Assembly: GCA_036337435.1 (NCBI GenBank)
Contig: JAYZEG010000011.1
Location: forward strand, 63,886-127,885
From: Myxococcota bacterium
GTDB taxonomy: Bacteria; Myxococcota_A; Bradymonadia; UBA7976; UBA1532
Length of the DNA stretch: 64,000 nt
Direction: 5' to 3'
The first letter of the stretch is position 1; every line of letters begins with the position of its first letter. Below the pieces are notes generated by a model, which saw nothing but the letters and a program-made list of their open reading frames with translations, was not told the origin of the DNA and did not search any database. The position numbers were made by a program, and so were the translations under genes. Below are positions 48,004 to 58,147 of the stretch, piece by piece.

Positions 48004-51000
48004 ATGCGGTCGGTCACAAATCTGGTTCTTCTTGTTTTAATGACAGCGGTTGGTTGTCAGGAGTCGAGTTCGAATGCGGACGCGCCCGTCGCAGATGCGC
48101 AGCCCGATCAGACCGTCGAGACCGATGGCCAAGTTACGCCGCCGGTGGACGCCGGTGACCAGGTGGATGCCATTGGGCCCATGCCGGACCTGGGTCCAGC
48201 AGTCGACATGGAGATTCGGGACCAAGGGTCTGCGGATTCATCGCTGGCTCATTGCGAGCCCGCCCTGGAGCTCTCGGCACCGCAAAGAGCTGCGAGACCC
48301 TACGATTTGGTTCGATTCATCGCGGGTGGTGGAACCGGACAATGGCGATTTACAATTGAAAACAACGCATCCGGTGCCCTGCTGAATGAAACAACCGGCA
48401 CTTATTTAGCGGGTGAGACCGTCGGACAAATCGACACCATTCTACTCACGGACGATGGGTGTCTCGGCGAAGCTCGTATCGAGATGAGAGTCGTTGAGAC
48501 CATGCTTGTTCTTCCCAGTGAGGGTGAAGTAGGCCGTGGTGGTCAATTTACATTTGAAGTTCGTGGTGGTTCGAACTCGTTTGAATTTACGGCTTTATCG
48601 ATGGCGAGCGGTGGGGAGATTACCCTCAATGGTGACTATACCGCAGGAGACCGCGATGGCCTGGACCGGATCCGCGTGACCGATGCTGAGACCGGCCAAA
48701 GCCAAGACATTGAGTTGGCTGTCATCGAGCGCGTCGAACTCCAGGCTAACCCCAACACCCTCTTTGTACCGCTGGGGTCCAGCATTCCCCTCTCGATCGA
48801 CGGTGGAACGGGGCACTTTGTCGTTGAAAATATTGGCGATGGTATCCGCTACGAAAACGGCGTGTTCACAGGCCTTCGTGCGGGTGCTTACGAACTCGCC
48901 ATCCGCGACCGTTTCGCTGATGTGAGAACACCCATTCGATTGACGGTCGTCGAATCGTTGCAAGCCAATATTGACCCATTTGATGATGGGCGCACGACAG
49001 CGAGGACCATATCGCCGGGCGATCTCAACGGAGATGGTCTAGCGGATCTCGTCATCGCCATGGAATCAGCCGATGTAAATGCGGGTAATTCAGGGGCTGT
49101 GTTCGTCTACCTCGCCGATGAGACCGGCTACTCAGGGCAACCAGACCAAGTGTTGTCTGGATTTGCAACGGACGACCAGTTCGGCCGTGATGTCGCTTTT
49201 GGTGACTTAAACGGAGATGGAATGCTCGACCTCGTCGTTGGTGCTGCCGGCTACGATCCAGGTCTGAACAATGCGGGTGGTCTTTTCATCTATTATGGGA
49301 CGCCCAACGGGCTTTTTTCACCTCAACCAGACGATGTCTTGAGCGGTGTGAGGGGGGACGATAATCTGGGTTATGCGGTCGCCGTCTGCGATTTTAATGG
49401 CGATGGACGATTAGATATTGCCGGAGGTGCGACGCTCCATGAAGACAGACAAGCCGAGCCGGTTCGTAGCAATCAAGGCGGCGTATTGATTTTTCTTGGC
49501 TACGAGGATGGATTTTTAGAGCAGCCTGATCAAATCGTACTCGGCACTCGGCTAACGGGGGAGGGCGAGTGGAGCAACTATGAAAATCTGCAACTCGGTG
49601 CAGAACTTCACGGGGGCGATCTCAATGGCGATAATTTTTGCGATTTGGTTGTTGGTGCGAACCGATATGCAGTCAATGGTATGGGGAACGCGGGTGCGGT
49701 CTTTGTGTTCGCTGGCAGGCCTGCAGATGGCCTTAGTCAAGGGGGCGTCACCCCAAATGCGGCTCAGCTAATTGTTAATGATTCCGCAGCGATTAACAGT
49801 CCGTCCTTGGGTCGTAGACTGGCTGTCGATGACATGAACGGCGATGGCTTAGTCGACATTGTGGTGGGTGAAAATGGCGGTGATACTGGCGGCCGTGACC
49901 GCGGGGCTGTCCATTTATTCTTGGGCCACCAATTCGATGCGGTTCAAACCACTCAGTCCCGGTCTATTCTGACCGCTGAATTTGCGGCGTATGGCAACTC
50001 CAACTTTGATCAAATGGGCATCGGGATGGCAACCGGCGATGTGACGGGAGATGGGTTTCCTGACCTGATCGTCGGTGCGTATGTTGATGACCGACCCGGT
50101 TTGGCAAATTGTGGTGTTTTAAGTGTATACGAAGGCCGTGCGGGGGATGTGCCATTGCCAGACCCGGTGCGCATCATTGCGGGTGAGGCTCCCGAGACAC
50201 GACTTGGCGAGGCGATTGCGGTTGTCAGCGACTTTAGTGGCGATGGGCTGGCCGACATCGTCTCTCACGGCAATCGGGCATCGACCACGTATCCAAACGG
50301 CGGCCAGACGTTTTTGATCACACAGACGGTGCCTGAAGAGCCGGAAGGGGGTATGGATGACCCGGATGCTGGTATAGATGACCCGGATGTTGGTCCACCA
50401 GAAAACGTGGTTCCTATCGACATTCACACGCCCATCGATTACCCGCGGACAGCCGCCGCTGCCCGTTTCGGTACAGGCGTCGCTTTTGTTGGGGACGTTA
50501 CCGGTGATGGTTTTGAAGACGTCATTGTGACCGCTCCGTTTAGTGCATCACCCAATCGAGGAAGTGGTAGCATTTGGCTGTACCGAGGGCTGCCCAATGG
50601 CGAGATTACATCCGACGGTGAGTCCATTGGCGGTTTTCCTAATCACACCGATGGAGATAGAGCATGGGCAGTCAGTCCCGTTGGCGACTTTGACGGTGAT
50701 GGCCATAACGATTTTGCCGTGCTGCTCAGGGATGACGAGCGACCCAATTACAGTGCCATGGTGCGAGCCCCCTGGATGGCCCCAGCCCCAGCATGTGTCA
50801 ACGCATCGACCTGCAATGCAGGCTGGAGTTGCAACGATGGGTCTTGTCGTGGACCCCGCCAAACACGCTGCCAAGAAGATGCTGAATGCTTGGCTGGACA
50901 GGTCTGCCAAGATGGTGACTGCAGAGTCCCGGGCCAATGCCGAGCCCGGGGGTCCGCGACGGGGGGCATTTACATTTATCGGGGTGGTCCGAACATTTAT

Positions 51001-51981
51001 ACCGGTGCGCCCAGTTTTGCCTACTGGAGTCCCCATAGCAGTAACTCGCCAGAGGTCTTGTCTGGGCAATTTGACTTCAATGGGGATGGCTACGACGACA
51101 TTGTGCTTGGTGCATATCGTTACGATGGTCCGCTCGGGAATGATGCTGGCTCTACCTATGTGATTACAGGTCGCCCTTTTGCCCAAGAGGCAGGCGAAAT
51201 TCAGGTCATTTGCGACACCTACTATCAATATTCTGGGAGCCAGCGAGGGGGTAATTCAGGTCGTGCTGTCGTTGCGATGGGAGACCTGAATGGGGACGGT
51301 TGTGGAGAGTTCGCCTTGGGCAGCCGGACCCAGGACCGAGATGGTGTGAGGGACGAGGGTGCTGTTCGTATCGTTTTTGGTTTTGGTGCTGTTGGGTGTC
51401 CGCCGGCTGCTCGAATGATTCGGTTGGCGACAGGTGAGGCGAATGGTCAGGCTGGTTGGTCGCTCGCGAGTGGCGATTTAGACGGAGATGGTCGACCGGA
51501 ATTAGCGGTTGGGGCTTGGGTGCGGCGAACCAATAATGTTCCTGTCGGCGGCGTGTGGGTCGTACCGGGGACAGCGTTCGAAGAATACCAATTGAAAAGT
51601 GTAGCCGTCGCGAATTCAGAGCCACCGGAACTCTTGAATCAATGGGGCCGCGAATGGTTGGTGCAGGGACAGACTCGAGACTCGCAGATGGGGTATGCAC
51701 TGGCCATCGCCGGAGAGTATCTTGCCGTTGGGATTCCGCAAGCCAATAGCGGGGAGACCAGTCGTGTTGGTCAAGTCAGTCTCTACCGGGTTACGGGTGA
51801 TGGTGTGAGTAATGCGCCGGCTGCAATCATGGTTGGTGAGACAGACGATCCAGGCAGTCGACTCGGCAGGGTTTTGTCCAGCGGCAGCCTTGGCGGTCAA
51901 CCCGCGTTTGCTACAGGTGCTGATTTTGGCGAGGCGACCGGTCTGGACAATGGCTCCGTCTATCTCATACAGCTCGACTAG
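48004..51981 (+). CDS. Large FG-GAP (integrin-alpha-like) repeat lipoprotein
   Basis: Lipobox AVG-C; more than 10 GD.NGDG..D..VGA repeats; N-terminal Ig-like repeats. Start at 48004. Confidence 0.88.
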   Translation: MRSVTNLVLLVLMTAVGCQESSSNADAPVADAQPDQTVETDGQVTPPVDAGDQVDAIGPMPDLGPAVDMEIRDQGSADSSLAHCEPALELSAPQRAARPYDLVRFIAGGGTGQWRFTIENNASGALLNETTGTYLAGETVGQIDTILLTDDGCLGEARIEMRVVETMLVLPSEGEVGRGGQFTFEVRGGSNSFEFTALSMASGGEITLNGDYTAGDRDGLDRIRVTDAETGQSQDIELAVIERVELQANPNTLFVPLGSSIPLSIDGGTGHFVVENIGDGIRYENGVFTGLRAGAYELAIRDRFADVRTPIRLTVVESLQANIDPFDDGRTTARTISPGDLNGDGLADLVIAMESADVNAGNSGAVFVYLADETGYSGQPDQVLSGFATDDQFGRDVAFGDLNGDGMLDLVVGAAGYDPGLNNAGGLFIYYGTPNGLFSPQPDDVLSGVRGDDNLGYAVAVCDFNGDGRLDIAGGATLHEDRQAEPVRSNQGGVLIFLGYEDGFLEQPDQIVLGTRLTGEGEWSNYENLQLGAELHGGDLNGDNFCDLVVGANRYAVNGMGNAGAVFVFAGRPADGLSQGGVTPNAAQLIVNDSAAINSPSLGRRLAVDDMNGDGLVDIVVGENGGDTGGRDRGAVHLFLGHQFDAVQTTQSRSILTAEFAAYGNSNFDQMGIGMATGDVTGDGFPDLIVGAYVDDRPGLANCGVLSVYEGRAGDVPLPDPVRIIAGEAPETRLGEAIAVVSDFSGDGLADIVSHGNRASTTYPNGGQTFLITQTVPEEPEGGMDDPDAGIDDPDVGPPENVVPIDIHTPIDYPRTAAAARFGTGVAFVGDVTGDGFEDVIVTAPFSASPNRGSGSIWLYRGLPNGEITSDGESIGGFPNHTDGDRAWAVSPVGDFDGDGHNDFAVLLRDDERPNYSAMVRAPWMAPAPACVNASTCNAGWSCNDGSCRGPRQTRCQEDAECLAGQVCQDGDCRVPGQCRARGSATGGIYIYRGGPNIYTGAPSFAYWSPHSSNSPEVLSGQFDFNGDGYDDIVLGAYRYDGPLGNDAGSTYVITGRPFAQEAGEIQVICDTYYQYSGSQRGGNSGRAVVAMGDLNGDGCGEFALGSRTQDRDGVRDEGAVRIVFGFGAVGCPPAARMIRLATGEANGQAGWSLASGDLDGDGRPELAVGAWVRRTNNVPVGGVWVVPGTAFEEYQLKSVAVANSEPPELLNQWGREWLVQGQTRDSQMGYALAIAGEYLAVGIPQANSGETSRVGQVSLYRVTGDGVSNAPAAIMVGETDDPGSRLGRVLSSGSLGGQPAFATGADFGEATGLDNGSVYLIQLD

Positions 51982-51993
51982 GGACAACGCTCT

Positions 51994-54900
51994 GTGACCA
52001 TCTCGTCGGACGGCTCTCAAATTGGGCTCGGCCCCTTCGAAATCCTTGAGCAGGCGGGCTCAGGTGCAATGGCCGAGGTCTGGCGCGCACGACACTGTGC
52101 TCAAGATGTCCCTGTTGCCATCAAATTTGTCACAGCCCCAGTGTCGAAACAGGCATTCTATCGTGATCGGTTCGCCGCTGAAGTACGCGCTGTCGCTCGC
52201 CTGAATCACCCAGGCATTATTCAGCTTGCAGATTATGGTGCTGTGCCTCAGTTTCAACATCGCGATTTGAAACACCTCGCTCTGGGGTCGCCTTTCCTTG
52301 TGATGGAATGGGTAGACGGTGGCACGTTACGCGAGCGTCTCGGTCGAATGAAATGGACAGAGATTCGAGCAGTTTTATTGTCTTTGTTAGACGCGTTGTC
52401 GGTGGCTCACGCACACGAAATTATCCATCGAGATTTGAAGCCCGACAACGTTCTATTAGCCGACCGGGGTCCCGTTCTCAGTGATTTTGGAGTTGCCTTT
52501 GCCGGTGACTCTCAAGATGCCCAGCACATGAACCACGCGATGGTCGGAACCCCAAACTATATGGCACCAGAGCAGATTAGGGGCGATTGGAGAGCCTTTG
52601 GCCCTTGGACCGATTTGTACGCATTGGGCTGCTTAGCATACGCCCTCGTCGATGGGCGCGCACCGTATTCTTGTGATTCTTTCAACGACGTCATTAGAGG
52701 CCATTTAAAGGCTGAAGTACCTCCATTGCAATATGCCGCATCCGTTCCTGTCGGATTCGAAAAGTGGGTGCATCGATTATTGGAAAAACGAACTGGAGCT
52801 CGGTTTCGATTGGCGGCTGATGCAGCCATTGCGCTTTTGGACTTACCAAACATAGAAATCCCGCGACGCCGGTCTGAGTGTCACGCTGGCGATTTAAGTG
52901 AGAATGATTCAACTGTTGTAATGCCCCAGGTCTTTGTCCCGGTCACTGATTTAACCTGGATTCAAGATGCGAACTCACCGTCGGGCCCAGGTCTGCCAAC
53001 AACGTGGCGCGTTCCCGAGTATGAGCGGTCGATGCCATCATTGAGTGGCACAGGGCGTTCACTGTTTGATCTGGCAACGCCACCGCTTTTTGGTCGTGAA
53101 CGTGAACGTGACATTCTCTGGTCTTTACTCGGGGGGATTGCGAGCGAATCGAGCTACAAATCGGCATACATCGTGGGGCAGGCGGGTCAGGGAAAATCCG
53201 CGCTTGCTCACTGGATATCGAAGCGTGCCCACGCCCTTGGCGTAGCGATTCCCCATGTGATTTCACATCAGCAACCCAACACGGAGCGCTGTGGTCTCGG
53301 TGGACTCTTGCTTAAATACTTTCGCTGTGAGGGACTGGATGCGAACAGCATGCAGACCCGTATCCATTCGGTGACCAAACAGATCGGTCTCGATGGGTTT
53401 AGCTCGGTGTTCTGTGAAATGATGTCCGGCCAGCGTAAGAACACGTCTGGTGTGCAGTCGGCCTATTATCATAGTAATCGTGAGCGTTTTGAGGCTGTCT
53501 GCCAGCTACTGAACTATCTGACTCAAGAACGCGCCCGAATTTTAGTTCTCGATGATGTTCAATGGGGCGATGAGACAGCCTTGTTTCTGAAGTACATGAG
53601 CCAACATTGGTCTTCACTTCCTGTGTTGGTGCTCGCGACCGTACGTGACGACGGTCAACTCGGCCAGTCCCTCGCATCCCGGACGCTTAAAGCACTGTTT
53701 AAGGCGGAAAATTCAACCGTGCTCGCCTTGGGTCCGTTGTCTGATATGGCTCATCGACAGTTGCTGACGTACCGGCTCTCCCTCGACTCGAGCGTCGTTG
53801 ACCTGCTCAGCAGTCGTGCAGCGCGAAATCCCTTGTTCGCCCGCGAGATGATCAGTCACTTTATTGCGACGGGGATTTTGGTCCCTGGACCCGATGGATT
53901 CAAGCTCACGACAGATGCGTCAATCTCATTGCCGAGCAGCATCAAAGACTTATGGGAAGAACGTTTGCAAAGCGCGCTGGCACCATTCCCTATGGCAGCC
54001 AGGCAAGTCCTCGAAGTGGCATCGCTGGTTGGCCGTCAAGTTGACCATCAGCTTTTGGAACGAGTCTGCGCAGCGGTCGGTTTGTCAATCGACAAGAGAT
54101 GGATTGAATCATGCTTCGACGCCCGATTGATCGAATCCAATGGAGTCGGTCAATGGGCCTTTGTCCACGGCTTACTCCAAGAGACCCTACAGTCAGCAGT
54201 GCGAACATCCGGTCGGTGGCAGGTAATTAATGGCGCCTGCGCAGACGAACTCTTGCGCTTATCTCATCCTGCAAAAGCCCGAATTGCCGGCCACCTATTT
54301 CAAGCTGGTCGATACGCAGATGCATACACGCATTACGTGAGTGCCGCTGACAATCTCCGATACCGCTCTGACTATCATCGCGCTCAAAAAAGCTTGTTGC
54401 AAGCAGCGAAGGCCTGCCGATTTGCCGGTTATAGACTCGACAGTCCGAAATGGGTGGATATTCGCTGGCGTTGGGCGATTTGTTCGCGGGTGCGCGGCAC
54501 TTTCGACAGTGCGCTTCGCCATGCAAAGCGCACATTGACCGCGGCGGAAAGACTCAACGAAGTGTCACTCAAGGCGCGTGGTCTTCTCGAGATTGCACGA
54601 TGCATTGATATCGCCGATGGGTCCGATAAAGCATTGGGTCACTATGTCAAAGCGGCTCAAACAGCACGCGAAGGGCCTCAGTCGCAGCTTTTGATCAATT
54701 GCTTGAGTGCCTTAGGCAGGGCGTATCGCACTCTATCTCAGTTCGACAAAGCACGAGCCATCTACAGGGAGGCTCTAGGACTTTGCCGGCAATTCGGCTC
54801 GCCGATGTCGCACGGAAATACGCTTCTTGGGCTTGCTCGAATCGAAATCACCGTTGGGCATATTAAAGCGGGTAAATCGCTCGCGAAAGACGCACATCTC

Positions 54901-55455
54901 CTCTTTCTTAAAACCGGCTCTAAGTGGTCCATTGCTCAGTCTCTGAATGTCATCGGAGACGCAGAGCGTTTGCTCGGTCATCTTCCGGCTGCGGAGGCGG
55001 CCTACCACGGGGCGACTGAGCTTTTACACTCCATAAGTAGCATTGATGCGCCGTATGGCGATGCAAACATGGCGATTGCCCTGATGGAACAACAGAAATG
55101 GGTGGAGGCTGCCCAACGCCTCGATTTAGCCATCGACGGTGCCAGGAAAACAGGTGCAAAGCGGTCATTATTAATGATAACCGCAGTGTCTCTTCTACCA
55201 GATGCAATGCTCCACCGATGGTCACATTATGACCGGAAGACTCAATTTCTGGAGCCACTCCTCCATGGTAAATTAGCCGACCTCGACATCCCTTTATTCG
55301 TCGAAAAAGCGGCGCGCTATCTCACGCAAATTGATGAGCGAGAACGAGCCGAATTTGCGTGGCACCTCACGGTCAATCAACTCAGTCGGTTGGGTCGTGT
55401 CGACGACGCGGAGAAGATTCGAGCCGAGTGGCGCAGTCTGGTGCCGGGCTCCTAG
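51994..55455 (+). CDS. Ser/Thr protein kinase with AAA ATPase and TPR domains
   Basis: GSGAMAEV, VAIK, HRDLKPDN, DFG, GTPNYMAPEQ; Walker A GQAGQGKS, Walker B LVLDDVQW; helical TPR-like tail. Confidence 0.92.
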   Translation: MTISSDGSQIGLGPFEILEQAGSGAMAEVWRARHCAQDVPVAIKFVTAPVSKQAFYRDRFAAEVRAVARLNHPGIIQLADYGAVPQFQHRDLKHLALGSPFLVMEWVDGGTLRERLGRMKWTEIRAVLLSLLDALSVAHAHEIIHRDLKPDNVLLADRGPVLSDFGVAFAGDSQDAQHMNHAMVGTPNYMAPEQIRGDWRAFGPWTDLYALGCLAYALVDGRAPYSCDSFNDVIRGHLKAEVPPLQYAASVPVGFEKWVHRLLEKRTGARFRLAADAAIALLDLPNIEIPRRRSECHAGDLSENDSTVVMPQVFVPVTDLTWIQDANSPSGPGLPTTWRVPEYERSMPSLSGTGRSLFDLATPPLFGRERERDILWSLLGGIASESSYKSAYIVGQAGQGKSALAHWISKRAHALGVAIPHVISHQQPNTERCGLGGLLLKYFRCEGLDANSMQTRIHSVTKQIGLDGFSSVFCEMMSGQRKNTSGVQSAYYHSNRERFEAVCQLLNYLTQERARILVLDDVQWGDETALFLKYMSQHWSSLPVLVLATVRDDGQLGQSLASRTLKALFKAENSTVLALGPLSDMAHRQLLTYRLSLDSSVVDLLSSRAARNPLFAREMISHFIATGILVPGPDGFKLTTDASISLPSSIKDLWEERLQSALAPFPMAARQVLEVASLVGRQVDHQLLERVCAAVGLSIDKRWIESCFDARLIESNGVGQWAFVHGLLQETLQSAVRTSGRWQVINGACADELLRLSHPAKARIAGHLFQAGRYADAYTHYVSAADNLRYRSDYHRAQKSLLQAAKACRFAGYRLDSPKWVDIRWRWAICSRVRGTFDSALRHAKRTLTAAERLNEVSLKARGLLEIARCIDIADGSDKALGHYVKAAQTAREGPQSQLLINCLSALGRAYRTLSQFDKARAIYREALGLCRQFGSPMSHGNTLLGLARIEITVGHIKAGKSLAKDAHLLFLKTGSKWSIAQSLNVIGDAERLLGHLPAAEAAYHGATELLHSISSIDAPYGDANMAIALMEQQKWVEAAQRLDLAIDGARKTGAKRSLLMITAVSLLPDAMLHRWSHYDRKTQFLEPLLHGKLADLDIPLFVEKAARYLTQIDERERAEFAWHLTVNQLSRLGRVDDAEKIRAEWRSLVPGS

Positions 55456-55458
55456 GCT

Positions 55459-56220
55459 ATGTGTACCATTCTAATCCTCTCCAGACCGACATCTTCGACG
55501 CCACTGATTTTGGGAGCCAATCGCGATGAGTTCTATGACCGACCCACGGCAGCCCCGAGTATGGTCAGTCAATCTCCTCCGATTTTTGCGGGTCGTGACC
55601 TCCGCGCGGGTGGAACCTGGTTCGGCGTTCGCCCTGATGGTTTCCTTGTCGCTCTCACAAACCAACCAGAGTCAAACAGGAGGTTGAGTGGACGGATTTC
55701 CCGTGGCACTTTAGTCACAGAACTTCTGACATTGGCAGACACAGAGTCTGCACGTCGTTTTCTTTCCAGGTTGACGCTGAATCCCTACAATCATTTTAAT
55801 CTCTTGGCTGGTTATCCTGATGACATCTTTGTCGCATATGGCCGGGATGGGGTCGCGCTCGATACTGTACCAACGGGTTTTTCTGTGCTTGGAAATGGCC
55901 GTTTAAACAGCCCTTCTCTCGCTAAAGTAGCTAGAGCTCGAGACCTTTTCTGTCATCGGGGCCCCAGCACTGACCCGAGCCTTGTCATCCAATCGATCTT
56001 AGCAGACCGATTCTTCTCCAATGATGACCAGGTGAAACACTCTTTCCGGCCCCCCGCACTCGATTCCATTTGTGTTAAAACGCCCCTGTACGGAACGCGT
56101 TCATCTGTCCGTGTCACTTTTGGTCGGCGTGCGATTGAGTCCTATTATTATGCGGATGGCCCACCGGATGAGGTGCCCTTTGTTGACCTGACACGAAAAA
56201 TCAGACCTGCCCAACCATAA
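55459..56220 (+). CDS. NRDE/TANGO2 family protein
   Basis: MC start, ANRDEFY.RP, GRD..AGGTW, SRG.LV, YGTRSS. Confidence 0.92.
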   Translation: MCTILILSRPTSSTPLILGANRDEFYDRPTAAPSMVSQSPPIFAGRDLRAGGTWFGVRPDGFLVALTNQPESNRRLSGRISRGTLVTELLTLADTESARRFLSRLTLNPYNHFNLLAGYPDDIFVAYGRDGVALDTVPTGFSVLGNGRLNSPSLAKVARARDLFCHRGPSTDPSLVIQSILADRFFSNDDQVKHSFRPPALDSICVKTPLYGTRSSVRVTFGRRAIESYYYADGPPDEVPFVDLTRKIRPAQP

Positions 56221-56243
56221 GAACCAATGATAGGCTTGACGTC

Positions 56244-57134
56244 ATGACGGATTTTTCAACTCGACTTGCCCAATTACCGCACCTGGGTATCGGTGTATCG
56301 ACCGAATATAACGCGGCGATACAAACGGGCGCGCTACACATTGAACAATTGGTGCGACATCATCCGCAATACGCTCGTTTTCTCGAGGTCGGCGTAAGTG
56401 TTGAGACGGGCTTAGATAGCCAAGCACTGGCCTGGGTCGAGTCAGGACGGCCTACGACCTATCACTTTTTGGACATCAACCTCGATGACCCGCGAGACCT
56501 GGATGGAGACTGGGTCGAAAAATTCCTGGCTCTGAGAGCGACACTGGACCCAGTTTGGATCTGTGGCGATGCCGGTCTCTGGCATTTTGGTCCTCGCGAT
56601 CGTGGCCACATGCTCCTCCTTCCGCCCATTCTGACCCGCGACAGTGCCAAGGAGATGGCTGAGGGCATCATCAAGCTCCGCGAACTCAGTGGGTTGGAGG
56701 TGCTGCCAGAAAACCCACCAGGCCACGTATTTGTAGGTGACCTGCATCTCCTTGACTTTTTTGCCCTCGTCCAAGACGAAGCGGATACAGGGATGCTCTT
56801 GGACGCGGCCCATTTGGCCATCTATCAGGATGTGATGGGTCATGGACCACTGACCGGCCTGGATGGTTTCCCCATGGATCGAATCGTCGAGATGCACATC
56901 GCCGGGGCAACGTTCATTGATGCAGACGGCCTGCAAGTCATCGAAGACGATCACACCACCGATGTCTTACCGGCCACTTGGGCCATCGCGAAACGGATCG
57001 TAGACCAGGGTTCGGGGCTTAAAGCCATCATCTTTGAATGCGAGCGGAATCCGCTGTCTGAATGCCTTCAAGGCTTTAGACAAATCGACCATTTGGTGCG
57101 AGGCACACCTTTTGGTCAGGCCTCGCCGTCATGA
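56244..57134 (+). CDS. DUF692 family multinuclear non-haem iron enzyme (MNIO), divergent
   Basis: LG.G, FLEV, H, ENPP, LLD..H, E.HIAG, D.H, ..E metal-ligand order on a TIM barrel. Confidence 0.82.
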   Translation: MTDFSTRLAQLPHLGIGVSTEYNAAIQTGALHIEQLVRHHPQYARFLEVGVSVETGLDSQALAWVESGRPTTYHFLDINLDDPRDLDGDWVEKFLALRATLDPVWICGDAGLWHFGPRDRGHMLLLPPILTRDSAKEMAEGIIKLRELSGLEVLPENPPGHVFVGDLHLLDFFALVQDEADTGMLLDAAHLAIYQDVMGHGPLTGLDGFPMDRIVEMHIAGATFIDADGLQVIEDDHTTDVLPATWAIAKRIVDQGSGLKAIIFECERNPLSECLQGFRQIDHLVRGTPFGQASPS

Positions 57135-57952
57135 ACGCCAAAGACCTTCAAAAAATCGTTGTTCGCATGCTGTTTGACCAGACGTTTTGCGATTCGATCT
57201 ACAAAGACCCAACAGCCGTATTAGGCGATCTGCCCATTGCTGCGAAAACATATGAATGGTTGCGGCGAGCCGATCGCCGACGATGGCATGTCGACACCTT
57301 ACGATGCGCCCGAACATTATCTGTCCTGTTAGAAGAATATCCAGCCTCAGCGGTTTTGTATGCTCGGCATCGAAGCCTCAACTCAATGCTCTCGTTTTTT
57401 TCATCCAAATTTTTTCACGACGCCATTATGGACGAGGTGCCGCTCCCCTTGGCTTTCGGCTCGTGGCTCGAGACCAGTTTATTTGTCGATTCATCCATGG
57501 TCAAACTTGAACTGGCGATTGCCAGGCGTCGTCGTCTCATTCCGCACGCTGGCAATCAGAGCCCTTATTGCCTGTCACCCACCACAGAGCTTCTGTCCTT
57601 GGAGGAGGGCACTCTGCTCCGCTACCAGAAAATCAAGGCGACCTTACCAAGTGATCCCCAAGACATGGTCAAACACCTGATGGCACTCCCAACGCGCCAG
57701 GACATTTCCAAACGACCAAGGTCAACGAAGACAGAAGAATTCGTGATCGTTGACTTGTCACCGAATGGAGGCATTGGTGACTCCAGCGAAGAGCTCTACC
57801 GGTGGCTGAGCCATTTCGGAGATGGGCTGACTCACGAGGAGATGGTGGCGATGTCTCTAACGCTCGGTTTGCAGCACAATGACTCCCTATCACTCCTCCA
57901 AGAAATGGCTGCCGATGGCCTACTCATCGTCAACACCAACGTCCCTACATAA
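57131..57952 (+). CDS. Putative MNIO partner protein (DUF2063/RRE-like)
   Basis: ATGA overlap with DUF692; helical N-domain, ..L...YP.S, F..WL, ..LE.A and a C-terminal L..M...GLL winged-helix-like end. Confidence 0.6.
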   Translation: MNAKDLQKIVVRMLFDQTFCDSIYKDPTAVLGDLPIAAKTYEWLRRADRRRWHVDTLRCARTLSVLLEEYPASAVLYARHRSLNSMLSFFSSKFFHDAIMDEVPLPLAFGSWLETSLFVDSSMVKLELAIARRRRLIPHAGNQSPYCLSPTTELLSLEEGTLLRYQKIKATLPSDPQDMVKHLMALPTRQDISKRPRSTKTEEFVIVDLSPNGGIGDSSEELYRWLSHFGDGLTHEEMVAMSLTLGLQHNDSLSLLQEMAADGLLIVNTNVPT

Positions 57953-58147
57953 ACTCGACGCGAGACGAAAAAACTTACATTTACTTTACAGACCTTCGTC
58001 TCTACTAACCGTCAGGCTCTTTTTTTAGCTTTTTCGATTATTTTTTAACTCAATGAAAACTTTTGCACTTGCTGTGATTGACCATTCTGATCAATACACC
58101 CAGCACTAATTTGCAAAAATGATAAACTTTAGGATGGAGTTATCGTC

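Noticed and set aside
58053..58109. 18-aa ORF MKTFALAVIDHSDQYTQH as the MNIO precursor
   Set aside because: It has no RBS and no Cys, and lies in the AT-rich promoter of the next gene. Not excluded, but unsupported.
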